Assembly: GCF_009914755.1 (NCBI RefSeq)
Contig: NC_060944.1
Reading direction: 5' to 3' (one strand)
Length of the DNA stretch: 64,000 nt
From: the human T2T-CHM13v2.0 reference genome, Homo sapiens
Below the pieces are notes generated by a model. That model saw only the letters and a list, made by a program, of their open reading frames with translations, made no database searches and was not told where the DNA came from. Made by a program: the position numbers and the translations under genes. The number at the start of each line of letters is the position of its first letter. Within the stretch, counting starts at the first letter, position 1. Positions 27,616 through 44,070 of the stretch are shown here, one piece after another.

Positions 27616-28054
27616 TGTATCAGTTAGAGTAAGCCAAACTGTTGTAACAGACATACAGCTGTTGTAACACATGCATCCCCAAAATGTATGGAGGCTAAAG
27701 TACAATGGAAAATTATTTCTCATTCGCATGACAATTAGCTGACTTCTCCAAACCATGCCATAATTTGGGTTTCTTCCATCTGTGGCTCCTCCATTTCCTA
27801 AGTCCTCACCTCTGTTTTTATTCAGTTGATGTTAAGAGAAGAGCATGGTGAAAGCGCCCCTTCCTCAGCCTTTGTGCAGAGTGATACACTGCCGCCTGCT
27901 TCCATTCACGCTTTATTGATGAAAGTTGATCATATTCCCACATTTCTCTGTAAGGAAAGCTCGAAATGTAGTCCCTTCATGGGCAGCCCCTTCAAACTAC
28001 AACCAAACGCTATGGAAATATTGATTTTGGTCAACAGCTAGCTACCTCTGCCGT
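27616..28054 (-). mobile_element. MLT1J-like MaLR LTR
   Basis: 'tgtatcagttag...ctgttgtaaca...ttccatctgtggctcctccat'. Confidence 0.65.
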
Positions 28055-28742
28055 GCTTACAATATGTATAGACCATCTATAAAATATACATAGCTTTCAA
28101 ACTACTGACACAAAAATGAGCTACAGTAAGAACTTGAAACAGAGGAGGAAAAGAAAACAAACCCCAAGCTTTTAAATTCTTACTTTAAAATGCTTAAAAC
28201 AAGAGTTTTATTTCCTTTCAAATATACATTTGTAAAGAAATTTTAAAGTGGTAGTTGGCCATTTTTAAGTGATCCTGAATGACATCATATTTTTACGTTC
28301 CTATTTTCTTTCTGACTGTACTTGTGGTATAACCAAGTTCAATGTAATATTAAAATAGAAAAAACAAAAACATCAGCATGTTTCTTAAACAACAGCAAGA
28401 AAGTGCAATTTTATTCTAAGCATTCCAGTAGCTATTAAATAAACGGTAGGTTACTATGAGAGCTATTTTAAAAGGTCAAAAATATGAAAGATCTTTTTCT
28501 TCATTAACCTATTTTTTGTACGTTTGAACCAATTTGTTCTAAAATAAAGTGAGGTTTTATTTTTCTAAGTTGGTCTTTTTAAAAGTTGTTCATGCATTTT
28601 GACAAAGCAATTACATACTTAGTAATTAATCCCAACCAAAACATCAAAAAAAGTGTATGACTGCATTTTTCTGGATGCTCATCCTCATCATATTGTTTGC
28701 AATAGTAAACAGTCAAGTTTGCACTAAAATGTCCAACCATAT

Positions 28743-28887
28743 AGGGTAGATTAGTTAAGAGGAGCCCAGCCAGTAGGATAGCCTTGCATCTCGGTTTACT
28801 CCTCCTGTCCCCATGCACTTGGAATTAGCACCCCTGTTTTACTCTCTGAGTATCTCAGTTTGAATGATAAATTATATGATCACATTA
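28743..28887 (-). mobile_element. MER94 (hAT-Blackjack)
   Basis: 'cggtttac...agcacccctgttttactctc...gtttgaatgataaattatatgatcac'. Confidence 0.65.
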
Positions 28888-29312
28888 TATATAATGAAAT
28901 GTGCTGAATCCTAAAAATTCATCATGTTTGAGATTCCATAATAATAAGAAAAATGATTTATAATTTGTCAATATATGTAAAATACAGTTTCCTCTCTATG
29001 GATTCAAAGCAATTCCAATCAAAATCTAGCAAGTTATTTTGTGGATATTAACAAACTGATTCTCAAGTTTATGTGGAAAAGCAAAAGACCCAGAATAGCC
29101 AAAAAAATTATGAAGAAGAACAGGGTTGGAGGAGTGATGCTACTAGATTTCAACACATACCGTAAAATCAGTGATCAAGACAGTGTGGTATTGTTGAAGG
29201 GAAAGATAAATAGATCCAAGGAACCAAATAAAGAGCCCAGAAACAGACCTCCACAAACAGAACCAACTGATCTCTGACAAAGGAGCATAGACAATTCAAT
29301 GGAGAAAGATAA

Positions 29313-29786
<474 letters not shown>

Positions 29787-30141
29787 TGGCGACTTTTTAG
29801 ATACCACACCAAAAGCATAATCTCTGAAAGAAAAAATTGGTAAGTGGGACTTCATTAAAATTAAATACTTCTACTCCACAAAAAATACCATAAAGAGAAT
29901 AAAAAGCCACAGACCAGAACAAAATATTTGCAAAATACGTATCTGAAAAAGGACTTGTATCTAACACATATAAAGAACTCTTAAAACTCAACAATAAGAA
30001 AGCAAATAACCCAATTTAAAAATGGGAAGAAAACCTGAATGGACACCTCACCAAAGAAAATATACAGATGGCAAATAAGTATATGAAAATATCCTTCACA
30101 TCATATGTCATTAGGGAACTGCAGATTAAAACAACAGTGAT

Positions 30142-30673
<532 letters not shown>

Positions 30674-31634
30674 TTACCCAAATGAGTTGAAAACTTATGT
30701 CCACCCAGAAACCTGTGCACAAATGTTCATAGCAGGTTTATTCATAAATGCCAAGACTTAGAAGCAACCAAAACGTTCTTCAATTGGTGAACAGATAAAC
30801 AAACTGTCATACATTCACGCAATAGGATATTATTCTGAAAAAAATTTTAAATGAACTAACAAGCCATGAAAAGGTATGGCAGAAGCTCAAATGCATATTG
30901 CTAATTGAAAAAATGCCAATCTGAAAAGCTTACACACTGTATAATTCCAACTAAACAACATTCTGGGAAAGGCAGAACTGTAGACAGTTTTAAAAAATCA
31001 GTGATTGCCGGTGGTTTTGGGGGGAAAGAGGAGGGTTGAATAGGTAGACCACAGAGTTTTAGGCCAGTGAATCTATTCTGTATGATATTGTATTTGTGGG
31101 TTCATGACATTGCGCATTTGCCAAACCCTATAGAACTGCACAACACAAATACTGAACCTCAATGTAATCTATAGAATTTAGTTAACAGTGTATCGATATT
31201 AGTTATTGGTTCATCAGTTGTGACAAATGTACTATGCTAATGCCAGATGTTAATAATAGGAGAAACTGTGGGAAAGGGGCACATGAGAATGCTATACTTT
31301 CTGCTCAATTTTTCTGTACAGGTAAAACTGCTCTAAAATACAAAGACTATTAATTTTTTAAAATGCACTTTACTATGCAGCATTATTGTACAATCTCTTA
31401 TTTGTTAAAATACATATGGCAATATGGGCTCAGGAAGGAATCTAGAAAATACAAATCAAAATGTGCACTGTCCTCTTGGTATGATAGAATTGCATGGGAG
31501 TTTTTTTGCTTATCTGTAATTTCTAATTTTTAAATATGTATTTCTTAAGTTATTAAATATATATTAAAGAGGGGAGAGTTTCTTTGCCTTGAGAATCAAG
31601 TTCTTGACGCAAACCCCTAAATGTTAACTATGAC

Positions 31635-31780
31635 CCCATCAATGTGAGCTTACCATGTTCTAGGCATTTTGCATGCAGTAGCTGATTCATCTCCTGAAAG
31701 TTAGATCTTTTATGCCCATTTCACAGATGCAAAAACCGAGACACGAATTACCTTGCTCAATGTCACAAACATCTCTGTAA
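31635..31780 (-). mobile_element. MIR
   Basis: 'cccatttcacagatgcaaaaaccgagac'. Confidence 0.7.
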
Positions 31781-32430
31781 TTTTAAGAAGGACAGGCCAA
31801 GCACACCTTTCTCCATTTTTGGTTCTAGGTAGTCCGCTTTACAGGAGTGTGTTTACCAGCCTTCTGTGTGTGCCTGGGTATGTATACGAGCACGTTAATC
31901 GCCACACTACTGAGGTCTTCAACTCAACTATAGAGAAGAGTCATTTTACCTCCCTCAACTCAAGATTAATGTCCTTCAGTGGGTGCAAAGGAAGGTTGAG
32001 CACATATCACATAATCAGAGCTGGAAATTAGATGACATTAGCACTAAGCATTTAGCTGAATGGTTCCTACCTAAAAACATGAAAATCAAGTTTTTTTTTA
32101 GATAATACCTCAGCCATGTGTCAGCAACAGGTACTAGCCTCATATTCTGGTTTTGTATTTCTCATTCATTTGTATCTAGAGTGGCCTTACAGATAGCATC
32201 TTGTCAAAGGGGAAAATTGAATGGACATGTTTTTCTTTGCTCCCTATATGATCTCAGGCAGGGGAAATAGGTTGTTTGTGATTTTTTAATTATTCGCACA
32301 CAGAGGCTGATAAATATTTTATAACTATTTGAAAGACTGTTTTATGAGATTTTACTTTTAAAATGACATACTGGCATGATTGTGAGAGGGATGTGGGGTG
32401 TTTGAGCTCTTGAGGCCACCCTTGACCACT

Positions 32431-33000
32431 GCCTTATTTGGATTCTCCCAGGAGATTCTGAGCAGACCTGAATTCAGGTGTGTCTCAGTCAACTCAGGCT
32501 GCCATAACAGAACACCGAAGACAGAGTGGCTTATAAGCAACAGAAATTTATTTCTCAGTCTAGGGGCTGGAAAGTCCGCAGTTAAGGTGTAGGCAGACTC
32601 TGGTTCTGGTGAGGGTCATAGAAGACCATGTTCTCACCGCGTCCTCACATGGCAGAAGGGGAGAGGGAGCTCTCCAGGGTGTCTTTGATGAAGATACAAT
32701 CCCACTCATGAGGATGGAACCCGTGTGACCTAATCACCTGCGAAAGGCCCCACCTCCAAATGCCATTGCATTAGGGATTAGCTTTCAACCTATGAATTTG
32801 GGAGAGCACAAGCATTCTGTCCACAACAAAGGGCAAGTAGCTTACTTGGTAGGTGATCCCAGGAAACACCGTTGGGGAGAGGGGAAGTCAGGCAGGGAGA
32901 GGAAGGAGCCAATTCATGGTGCAGTAGGAATCAAGCCAGCTGGAGCCCTAGACCTTCCAGTGGACAGGCCCCTTCCCAGTGAGCCAATCTGCGTTAAGAA
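32431..33000 (-). mobile_element. LTR33-like ERVL LTR interrupted by MLT1A
   Basis: 'gcaagtagcttacttggtaggtgatcccaggaaacacc' resumes after the MLT1A. Confidence 0.6.
32479..32828 (-). mobile_element. MLT1A/A0 solo LTR
   Basis: 'ggctgccataacag...aacagaaatttatttctc...gacctaatcacct...tatgaatttggg'. Confidence 0.85.
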
Positions 33001-33799
33001 CATGCTGTACTTGGGCATAGCAGCTGGTTGACCGCTCCCACACCAGGGCTGAGGGTCAGCCACAGCTTCTCTCTTCCTTTCTCTGGGTTTCCTGCTTATC
33101 CCGTCATGGGACTTCCCCAGAGATAGACCCTGAGAGAAGGAGAGTGCAGATATTTTCTGCAGGAGGTGACAAGGAAAACCTGGTGGGGAGCAGAGAAGTG
33201 AGACAGGCCAGGGATGCCAGCCAGCAGGGGCATGTGTAGCCCACCAGGCACACTGGGGAACTGATCCACAAGACTCCTTGCAGCCCTGTTTGTTGTTAGA
33301 GGTGGCAATGAGGTCTGCAGGGGTCGTGTGGGGCCCTGGCAGCCTGTGCCACTCTCCTCTTCCTGCAGAAGGTGACTTACGCCTTTTGGGAGCCACAGGC
33401 ACTGTGCTTGCAGGGAGGGCTTGGTGCTCCCTCAGGATGCAGCCCTGTGTCTCTCCACATGCTCTACTTGCAGAGGCTTTTAAACAGTGTCCTTCCACGT
33501 TCCTCCTTCCCACACAAAACAACACTCTGAATCGTGCATGCCCTGCCCTTTCCCATTGGCCTCCTCTGGTAAATTTGGGAGATTGGATTTCTGAACTCAG
33601 AATGGGGACAGGCATGGGTGGCACCTGCCTTATCAGAACTCTCTTCAATATAGAGTCCAAGACTCCTAATTTAGACCCTCCTCTGAGCAGCAGGGATTCT
33701 CATGGCTGCTCATGGATAGGTGGGCCCTTGGAACCAACTACTGTGTGTTTAATCTACAGTATTGATGGAGGGAGAGACTGAGGAACCAACTCAAGCCTT

Positions 33800-35450
33800 C
33801 TTCATGAAGTGGGTGGGGAGGAAAGACAGACTTAAAAATTTATTAGCATCTAATCCTGTTAAGATTTTCTCCACCATATGCCAGCACAACAACCCATTTG
33901 AAATGTGTACTAATTACCCCTGTTGTATCCTGTGTGTACGCTTTCTACGCAGCCCCTGACCTTTTCGTTAATAACTTTGCGTTGCATTCGTTGACCTGAA
34001 ACAAATTGAATTCAGTGGCACTCACTCAAGAATTGAATTACATAGTCTTCTTAATTGGTGTCTTATTTAAATGTGAGAAAGTAACGGCTTGCCACCTGTA
34101 ATACGTTTCCAACAAAATAAAATTAGAATTCTAATATTTTTCCCCATTCTAGGGAAAGGTTTGGCCATGAAAATATCATTCTTGTATGATCTCAAAAATA
34201 AAATTCTCTGAATTTTTTTCATTGCCAATGCCGTGAAAACTGCCTATATAGACACATATTAATTGGAGAGATTTATGCAAATCAGCTGGGCTAGGAAGGC
34301 TTTTCCTGGAAGTGGCCCTTAAAATAGGCGGCAATCTGTCTCCGTTGCCAACAGTTATACTGCCTTTCCCTCCCCAGCTCTTGGATTTCGGATTATGTGA
34401 TTTAATATACCTCCGGCTGGCAAAATAGGAAGCGTTAAGACAGGAATATGTTAAGCATCTGAAGATATTTTCCACTGCATTTGTTAGTTTTAAGTCCTTG
34501 AGCCGCATTGTCTGTTGGTTGGAGGGGGCAGAAATCTAATTTCAGGAGTTTAGTGATGTTCTCCTATTGACGGCTTCACAGGCAATAGATACTGCGGGTA
34601 ACATTGTTCTTAACACCGTTCACTCATGTCTTTCCTCGGAGGATTCTTGCAAGCGATCGAACAGATAGGAGCAGCTGGAAATTTTGGGCTTTGCTCTCTA
34701 ATTCCAGTGTGAAATTAATTGTCCCAACTGCAAAGAACGACTTACTCCTTTACTTACTATATTTAACTTAAAAATGCAAATGTTATTAGTGGACTGATCA
34801 CTGATAAGGGTGCCTTTGTGCCCGGCTTTAACCTCTATTAGTGAGGATTATGAGGACGTAGCCACATTGGCATTTTCTAAGTGTCACCGTGACAGCACTT
34901 GCTGCACAAATGCCTAGCTGTCACCGTGAGTTTTATCACTCAGTTTTTCCCTCCGAATGTAGACTAATAAGCCCAGAAATTACAATTGCCTCCCTGCCGA
35001 ATCTGTGATAGGCGGAAATAATGATATCAGTGCCCTGCTAATCTTCTTGCCTCTGCGCTTGGCACTGTCCTATTGAGTCACCTGTCACACTCCGCTTTGA
35101 TGAGGCGAATTCAATCTCCCTGCTGTAATGACAATGGGGCCATTTTAATGTTTGGAAATGATTATGTGGAAGCTTCACCGTGCTCTGTCTTGGCAAGCAA
35201 ACCAAGGCACTGTGCACGCCAGGAGAGCGGGCTCTGGCTGTCAGGCAGGCAGTGGAGATGCTGAGTTATTATTAGGATTTAGACGTAGAAGTCGGCTTCA
35301 TTTTGAGCCTTTGGTGGTGGCCTTGCAGGAGGGAAGAAGGATGGGGAGGGGAAAGGTGGGATCACTGCTGCAGAAGCATAGCCATTGGCTAATCTCTTAG
35401 TTGTCTGCACAAATTTGCCTCTAGAAGGGTTTCCCAGGCCACCTGTGTTG
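33800..35450. promoter_or_regulatory. Repeat-free putative conserved enhancer block
   Basis: No TE recognised; octamers at 34275 and 34774, TGTCA/TGACA repeats, AP-1 site, retained CpGs. Confidence 0.5.
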
Positions 35451-35847
35451 TTCAAGGAGGCCAGGGTGGCTGGAGCTTATAAACAATCGTGGTGACACTA
35501 CCAACATCATTTGCTGGGGCTTTTGGTGTGTGGATTGTGGATTTCCTCTTCAGGACATTAACTGAATCAAATTACTCTTACACCAGGCCTGATCTTTCCT
35601 GGTTCTTTGAGAATAACACTGCTACAGAACAAAAAAATACACATAACTTGGAAAACACTAGGTGTCAATGAGGATCTGGAGCAACCAGATCCCACTACTG
35701 ATGCTGATTTCTAAAACCACCTCAGAAAAGCAGCAGTCTCTACTGAAGCCAGACATATATAAACCCAGCAAATTTTGTATTGATACAGAATATTTTACAT
35801 ATTTATGAAGTGCATGTGAGTATTTGTTACATGCATAGAATGTCAAA

Positions 35848-36700
<853 letters not shown>

Positions 36701-36756
36701 TTTTAAGGCAATATATGAGGCATCTGTGTGTTCTGTCTGCCTCGATAGCACAAGGG

Positions 36757-36996
36757 ATGGGAGCTAAACATTGAGCACACGTGGCCATACACATGGGAAC
36801 AGTCATCACTGTGGACTGCTAGAGGCAGAAGAGAAGGAGGGGGTATGGGCTGAAAAACTACCTATCAGGTACTACGCTCACTCCCTGGGTGACAGGATCA
36901 GTACACCACACCTCAGCATCACACAACATACCCATGTAACAAGCCTGCATATGTACCCCCTGGATCTAAAATAAATGTTGAAATTTTTAAAAAAAG
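36757..36996 (+). mobile_element. 5'-truncated L1PA16/PB-type 3' end
   Basis: 'gggagctaaacattgag...gctgaaaaactacctatc...catgtaacaagcctgca'; TSD tag(c/t)acaaggg. Confidence 0.85.
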
Positions 36997-37616
36997 TAGT
37001 ACAAGGGGACTAAGGACAGAAAAATCACTTCACAGCTGGATGTCACTAGTGGTCTGCTCTGCTTACAGATGCCACCACCATAGGGGTGAAGACTCGGGTG
37101 CCCCAGGGCTGCTTCCCAAACTCCTACAAACATTTCACAAATTCTTCCTGCCCTGCCTCAAATCGTAGCTTTTCTAATGCATTTGCCAAATCAAGTCACG
37201 TGAATGAAAAGACACCCTTTCAGAATTACTACTTATACATAGCTTCCCTATCTGAACAATAAAGCTCAAGGAAAGCATTTTTATCTCTGGTAATCACATC
37301 CCAGAGGGACAGCAGCCTGCAGAACATAAAACTCGCAGTCTCTAATCCTTCCAGAAGGGCAGCTCCCAAGCTCCCTGTTAATGTGGGGAAAAAAGGTGTG
37401 CAGAAACAAGCCATCATTCATCGGACAAAGTCACGTGCTAATTGGACTTGATTCTGCAATGTAAATTGCTTGGCTTGTTTCCAAAGAAAAATGGAGATGT
37501 CCCTGGACGATTAACTAGCCTTCAAACTCACTTTCTACCTTCATTTGTTCCTTCTGGCAGTCTGTTTTGTTCATCTTATCTGCCCAGACATAGGGTTTAT
37601 TAAAGTTAGTGTTCAC

Positions 37617-38173
<557 letters not shown>

Positions 38174-38314
38174 TTACACAAGACTCTTAGCAGGCTCTTC
38201 GTCTTTTTAAAACATGAAACCAGAACAATACTTTTGTTTTTGTTTTTAATAATACCAATAAGCATGATAATATCAATGAATCTACCCAATTCTAAATTAT
38301 TTTCATGGAAATAG

Positions 38315-38520
38315 GGTTTTCTCCACTATCTGCTAGCAATGTAACCTTGGGAAGGTTCTTCAAACTCTCTGAACTTCTGTTTCCTCATCTGTGTAATAGG
38401 AAAAAGAAAAGTACCTGCCCTAAGGGTTACTATGAGGATAAAAATGATATAATCCATGTAAAGCTCTCAGAATGGAGCCTAGTATATATTGGACACACTG
38501 ACTAAATGGTGGCTCCTAGA
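38315..38520 (+). mobile_element. MIR
   Basis: 'tgtaaccttgggaagg...ctgtttcctcatctgt...tgaggataaaaatga'. Confidence 0.8.
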
Positions 38521-38859
38521 ACATTGACGATTATGATGCCATTTCTTTGAGCAACAGGCTTCCATTGCCTGGAAAACAAAACCCACCCTTGACTATGACA
38601 GCCAAAGCACTTTGTGATCTGATCGCATGCACAGCCCTGAGATCTGTAATAGATCAGATCCCTCCGCATTTTCCAAACCTGCTCTGTCCCTCCCTGTCTC
38701 CACCCCTTTTCCACAGGCATCTGTGATGGAATTTCCTCCTTTTCCTCCATCTATTTCTTCCAATTTAAAACCAATGATTTCTTCAAGGCACAGTCAAGAA
38801 GCTCTTTCTTTCATAAACCCTCTGCTCCCTTGGGTAGGTACCTAGAAGCAGACACACAG

Positions 38860-39215
38860 TGGGACTTCATGAGTTTTGTTGCAGATCAATAGAGCTACCC
38901 TGCTGTTACCTGCATGGTCCCCTGCATGTCCCAGCCTCCCTTGTTTTGACCAATAAAATGTGAGCAAAAACCATGTGAACACTTCCAGGATATGGTCGTG
39001 AAAAGCCTATGCTCAGCCCTTCTTTCCTTCCTGCTACAGCAACCTCAGGAGCCACAGGGTTCTAACGAGGCAGCTACAAGAGGGCTGCGCCACCATCACC
39101 TCAGGTCCCTGAGTGAGTGGAGGACAGCCCCAGATTACCTGGAGCAGGTATCCACACCTTTGTTGCATAAACCACTGACATGGTAGTTTGGCGCAGCAGC
39201 CGAGCCTAGTTAGTA
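38860..39215 (+). mobile_element. Old MLT1-type LTR
   Basis: 'tcaggtccctgagtga', 'taaaccactgacatgg...gcagcagccgagcctag'. Confidence 0.5.
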
Positions 39216-41680
39216 CATCTTCCTCCTCCATGCTCACAGATCCCTCAGGATCTCTACCTTAATACGCACTGTATTTGTAGCAACTGGGGGATGTGTGTGT
39301 GTGCACACACATGTACCTGCACGAACTTTCCTCCCAACAACGCCGTATGCCCCTAGATTTAGAAAAGTCAGCTTCATCATGGACTCTCCCACAGCACTTA
39401 TCATGTACTGGAACTAAGTGGGAGTTCAGAAATATTGGTTGAATGGATTGTGCCTCCCTTGTTTCTGAATGAAGACAAACTCCAATGGGTAAAGGTGAAG
39501 CTTTAAGTGAGGATATTTTTCCCTGTACATAATACTAGCATGATTATTGTCCAGCTTGAGGAATGCCTTCTCTTTCAATAAAAGAGTCCCCTAAGATAGC
39601 TCCCAGCTAGTTGTGTGTGCAGCAGCACCACAGAGCCCCAGGGAGGCCAGCTTCCCATGATGTGCCAGGCTCCTCCTTCCCTTTTGAGACTGTTCTCAGC
39701 CTCAGTGGTTGAGACGTAAGTAACCAAGAACAATAATTTGCGGCAAGTTTGTGAATTTGAATAGGTAAATGCTGGCGGGATTTTTTTCTGAATGCAGCTC
39801 TCCCTGGAGTGACAGCATGTGTGCATATGTGTGTGGTGTGTCTAATTCCTTTCATTAGTAAGTCCACATGTGTCATGGTTAAATGGGTACAGATGATGGA
39901 TTTCTACCAGAGCTAAGCCCAAGGCATCATGGTGCCCCAATGCCAGAGCACATGTAGCTGCTATCTCTTTGTGCAGACTATGGAATAGAGAGGAAGGGAA
40001 ATTCCTGCAGTGCAGGGGACATTTGTGTACCTTCAGTTTATTTCTGTTCTTCACTGCTTGCAACTACAACCTCTTTATACATAAAATAATCGCTTGTAGT
40101 GATGGCCAGTCTTTCATTTAAATTTCCAAAAAACTCAGAGAGAGACTGTTTCAGGTTCTTTAGAGAACCTTATGCTAGCCTGATTATTTTGTCTGACTTG
40201 ACAAATGAATAAGTGAGAGATTGAAAAGAGTGAGGCCTGGTTTGATTGAATTAACTGTGAGTTTATTTATTTGGTGGACAAATTGTCCACAGATCCAGCT
40301 ATAATCTTGGTCTAAGAAACCCCTAAAGAAAACAAAACATCAATTGGGTTAACTTCAAAGAGATTTGGTTTAAACAAGACATTTTAAAAAGTATTATATA
40401 TCTTAGAGAGAAAAGAGGTGAAATAAACAAAAAGAAAAGATGTTCTTCGTGGGAACTTAAATTTCCAGATATCATTAAAACAATCAAAACAGCAAAAATG
40501 AGTATTAGTGAAGATTGAGTCATTTTGGCGCTTACTATGAAAAGTGAAAAATATGTTCTTGGAGGGGAAGGAGACTAGTACAGAGTCCATTCTGAGGAGG
40601 AAAAAGGGGTTCCCCAGTAGGTCTGGATAAAGGACTGTTGTTTGCAGCCTTCTGCACACACCGAAACCTTTGTAGAGAAGAATTTGTGCTGGGAATGAAG
40701 AATGTCAACGGTGTCCTTGGAAATGCTTATGCTTCCAAAGGTGAATGTGTCTCACTGCCAAGTGATGTATCCCACAATGGGGTTTGCAAATGGGGTCCCA
40801 AACGAAGCTTGAGGGTATGTGGAGAAAATATGGCTCCCAGGACAAACCGCACATTTAAAATACACACCCAAACAACAAAAGTGGTGCCTACAGGAGTGAG
40901 ATTCTAAGTCTTTGCGGAGTAGAGACGCTGTAAACCAACCAGCATGGCCATGTTAGCAGGTTCCTGTGAACGGAGTGTCTACAAGGTTTCTACTCCTTAA
41001 AAAAAGTTCACCAGTGATTCATGAACGTGGTAGATAAGCTAGAAATTGCAGGGATCTGAAAAGCAAGATAGGTCACTTCTCCTCCGTTCATAGGCTAATG
41101 AAGGCATCTTTAGAGCCTTACTTTGTGCACTGCATGAGAAGCTGGAATCTTAATAATAAACATGTGCCAGATGATCAAGGATTCTCGGCCATCAACCAAA
41201 TGCATGCCTGTTTTTGGAGGCAGCAATTTTGATAGCCCTCTTCATATTTCCAGAGACTTGGGAGCAGCAAAGAGGGCTCCTAGAGAAAGGTGTTAAGTGA
41301 GCTTAATAGCTCCTTACTGCAGAGTAGGTTAGCATATGCCCTTCAAAAGTTAATGACCCTACTCATGTGTCATCAGCACACGATGTCTGACTCCCTGACT
41401 CTCTTTAGGTGCTCAGCATACTCAGAGCTTGAGCAAAGAAGACACCGAGGAGTGCTTTAGCAGATACATAAAGGCACAACACATTTTTCTGTTACTCGGA
41501 CATACTTTTTTGTATTTTAATATACGTAGATATGTCTAGTTTAAATGAGTTTTGTTGTTTATTTTGAAATCTTGAGTAATCTTAAAAAGAAATTCTTTCT
41601 TGTTCCTTTTCAGAGGAAGCTTACAAACACATATGCATAGCTTATAAAACAAGGACATTTTCTCCTCTAAGAACAACAGC

Positions 41681-42020
41681 TATATTGGGGCAGGTTCCCC
41701 AGAAGCAGACCCAGAGACTGTATTCCTAAACAGGTATTTTCTTATGAAAGTGCTCCTAGGGAAGACAGGAAGGGGGTAGGAAAAGATTAAAAGGAAAATT
41801 TTAAAAAGCCAAGCAAGAGAGTGGTCTTAAGCAAAGTCCTGCATGAGGATAACCTGAGCCTCCTCTCACAGGGGAACTCCAGAGCCTAGATTACACCTCA
41901 CAGTTATCTCAACCTGAAGCAAAGATTCAAAGCACCTCAAAGCCAGAGGAAGACCCTCCCAAGAGAAGGGAAAAGGTATCTGAGGAGATATAGGCAAAGT
42001 GCTAGCAGAATCTTCTAAAG
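41681..42020 (-). mobile_element. LTR16-like ERVL LTR
   Basis: 'ggttccccagaagcagacccagagac', 'aagccaagcaag'. Confidence 0.65.
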
Positions 42021-42185
42021 GTAGAAAACTTTAAGGGGCATGTGACATAAGGAGAAAGAAGAAAAAAGTATTAAAAAGTGGGAGAAAGTATAAGAAGGGG
42101 AACAATTAAATATTCTTTTCAAAAATCAGGACAAAACTCAAAACATCACAGGGGACAGGTAGTATTGTTAGACTCATTATGAAGT

Positions 42186-43140
42186 TGGGGAGGCAGCCTC
42201 CAACATGGCCCCAAACACCCTTGTATTAATCAGGGTTCCCTAGAGGGACAGAACTAATAGGATACATAGATACATAAAGGGGAGTATATTAAGTATTAAC
42301 TTACACAATCACAAGGTCCCACAATAGGCTGTCTGCAAGCTTGAAGAGCAAGGAGAGCCAGTCCAAGTCTCAAAACTGAAGAACTTGGAGTCCAGTGTTT
42401 TAGGGCAGGAAGCATCCAGCATGGGAGAAAGACGTAGGCTGGGAGGCTAGGACCATCTCACCTTTTCACGTTTTTCTGCCTCCTTTATATTGGCTGGCAG
42501 CTGATTAGATTGTGCCCACCAGATTAAGAGTGGATCTGTCTTCCTTAGCCCACTGACTCAAATGTTAATCTCCTTTGGCAACACTCTCACAGATACACCC
42601 AGGTTCAATACTTTGCACCCTTCAATCCAATCAAGTTGACACTCAGTATTAACCATCACAACCCTCCTGTCCTGGGATTCACACCCTTGTGTAGGCTCTT
42701 CCCACAGTGAATCATGGTTGGTTTGTGTAGCCAATAGAATATGGCAGAGGTGATGGTGTGTCACTTCTGCTGACTAGGTTCCAAAAGATAAATTGGCTTC
42801 TGACTGTTCTTTTCTGGATTGCTTGATTGGGGGGAAGCCTGCTGCCATGTTAAAGAACTCAGGCAGCCCTATGGAAGGTGAGGAACTGAGGCCACCAGGC
42901 AACAGCTGTGTGAGTGAGCTGTTGGAAACAGATTGTCCAGCCCCCACCAAGCCTTCAGGAGACCTCAGCCTCTGCCAACATCTTGACTGCAGTCTCTAGA
43001 GAGACCGTAAGCCAGAGCCACCCAGCTCAGCCACTCTCAAATGTTTGGCCCCCAGAAAAGATGTGAGATAATAAATAGTAGGTGTTTTAAGTCAGTAAGT
43101 TTGGGAGTAATCTGTTATGCAGCAATAGACAACTAGTGCA
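42186..43140 (+). mobile_element. MLT1E/F LTR interrupted by MLT2A
   Basis: 'gaggaactgaggcc', 'tgtgagataataaa', 'tgttatgcagcaatagacaac'. Confidence 0.8.
42222..42660 (-). mobile_element. MLT2A1 (HERV-L) solo LTR
   Basis: Intact TG..CA termini; perfect 5 bp TSD accct at 42217-42221 and 42661-42665. Confidence 0.93.
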
Positions 43141-43728
43141 GAAAGCATGTTTTCAAAGCATGAGTCTGTATACCTGTGGGTGGTACCAAATGCTGGGGTC
43201 CAGGCAGATCCAGACATTAAACCGAGAAGGAAGTCCAGAACTAGGCCAGGGTGAAAATACAGGGCTCAGCACAGATGGCAAAGTCAACAACCAAGCAGCC
43301 CATGAGGGGCTGGAAAAATTCCCCATGCTGTTGAGTAGATTCCATGCCCCAAATGGGGACAGAACTGGCTCCAGGTGGTTAAAGGAACCAGAAGTAAATA
43401 AAAAACAAAAAAAAACCACTTAGATTTTCATTATAAATCATTAAAATAAAACTTCGCCTAAGGTAACTTCAATTATCTAGAAATTCATTTTTAGAGAACA
43501 CTATTGGTTGTCCATTCAACAGCTATCCAGCCCTCTTTTCCATGATGGCAGAGCCCACCTGCTACTTAAGAGACTATAATGATGAGCTATTCTCTTTCCC
43601 TGCCTCCTTGTAGCTAAGTCATGGCCAGTGGAACCCAAGGGGCAGTCTGCAAACGGGGTTTTTGGAAAGACTTTTCATAAAAAGAGCACCACGTAGGACA
43701 AAATGCTCTGTTGTGCCCACCTCTGGAT

Positions 43729-44070
43729 CTTTTATTTGATTTTTAAATTTTTTTGTGGGTAGATAGTAGGTGTATATATTTATGGGTTATGTGGATATAT
43801 ATTTATGGGTTATGTAGATATTTTTATACTTGCAGGCAATGTGTTATAATCACATCAGGGTAAATAGGCTATCCATCGCCTTAAGCATTTATCATTTGTG
43901 TTTCAAACAATCCAATTATACTCTTAGTTATTTTTAAATGTACAATTAAATTTGTTTTTACTATAGTCGCCCTGTTGTGCTAGCAAATACCAGGTCTCAT
44001 ATATGCTTTCTAACTATTTTTGGTACCCATTAACCATCCCCACTTCCCCACCTCCCACTCCCCGCCACCC
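43729..44070 (-). mobile_element. L1MA2-like 3' end inserted in an old MLT1 LTR
   Basis: 'gtgggtagatagtaggtgtatatatttatggg...acaatccaattatactc'; degenerate TSD cc(a/g)cct(c/t)tggatct. Confidence 0.85.

Noticed and set aside
32914-33781. Overlapping 248 aa (-) and 167 aa (+) ORFs
   Set aside because: GC-richer, partly LTR-derived sequence; no domain similarity or exon structure; consistent with chance
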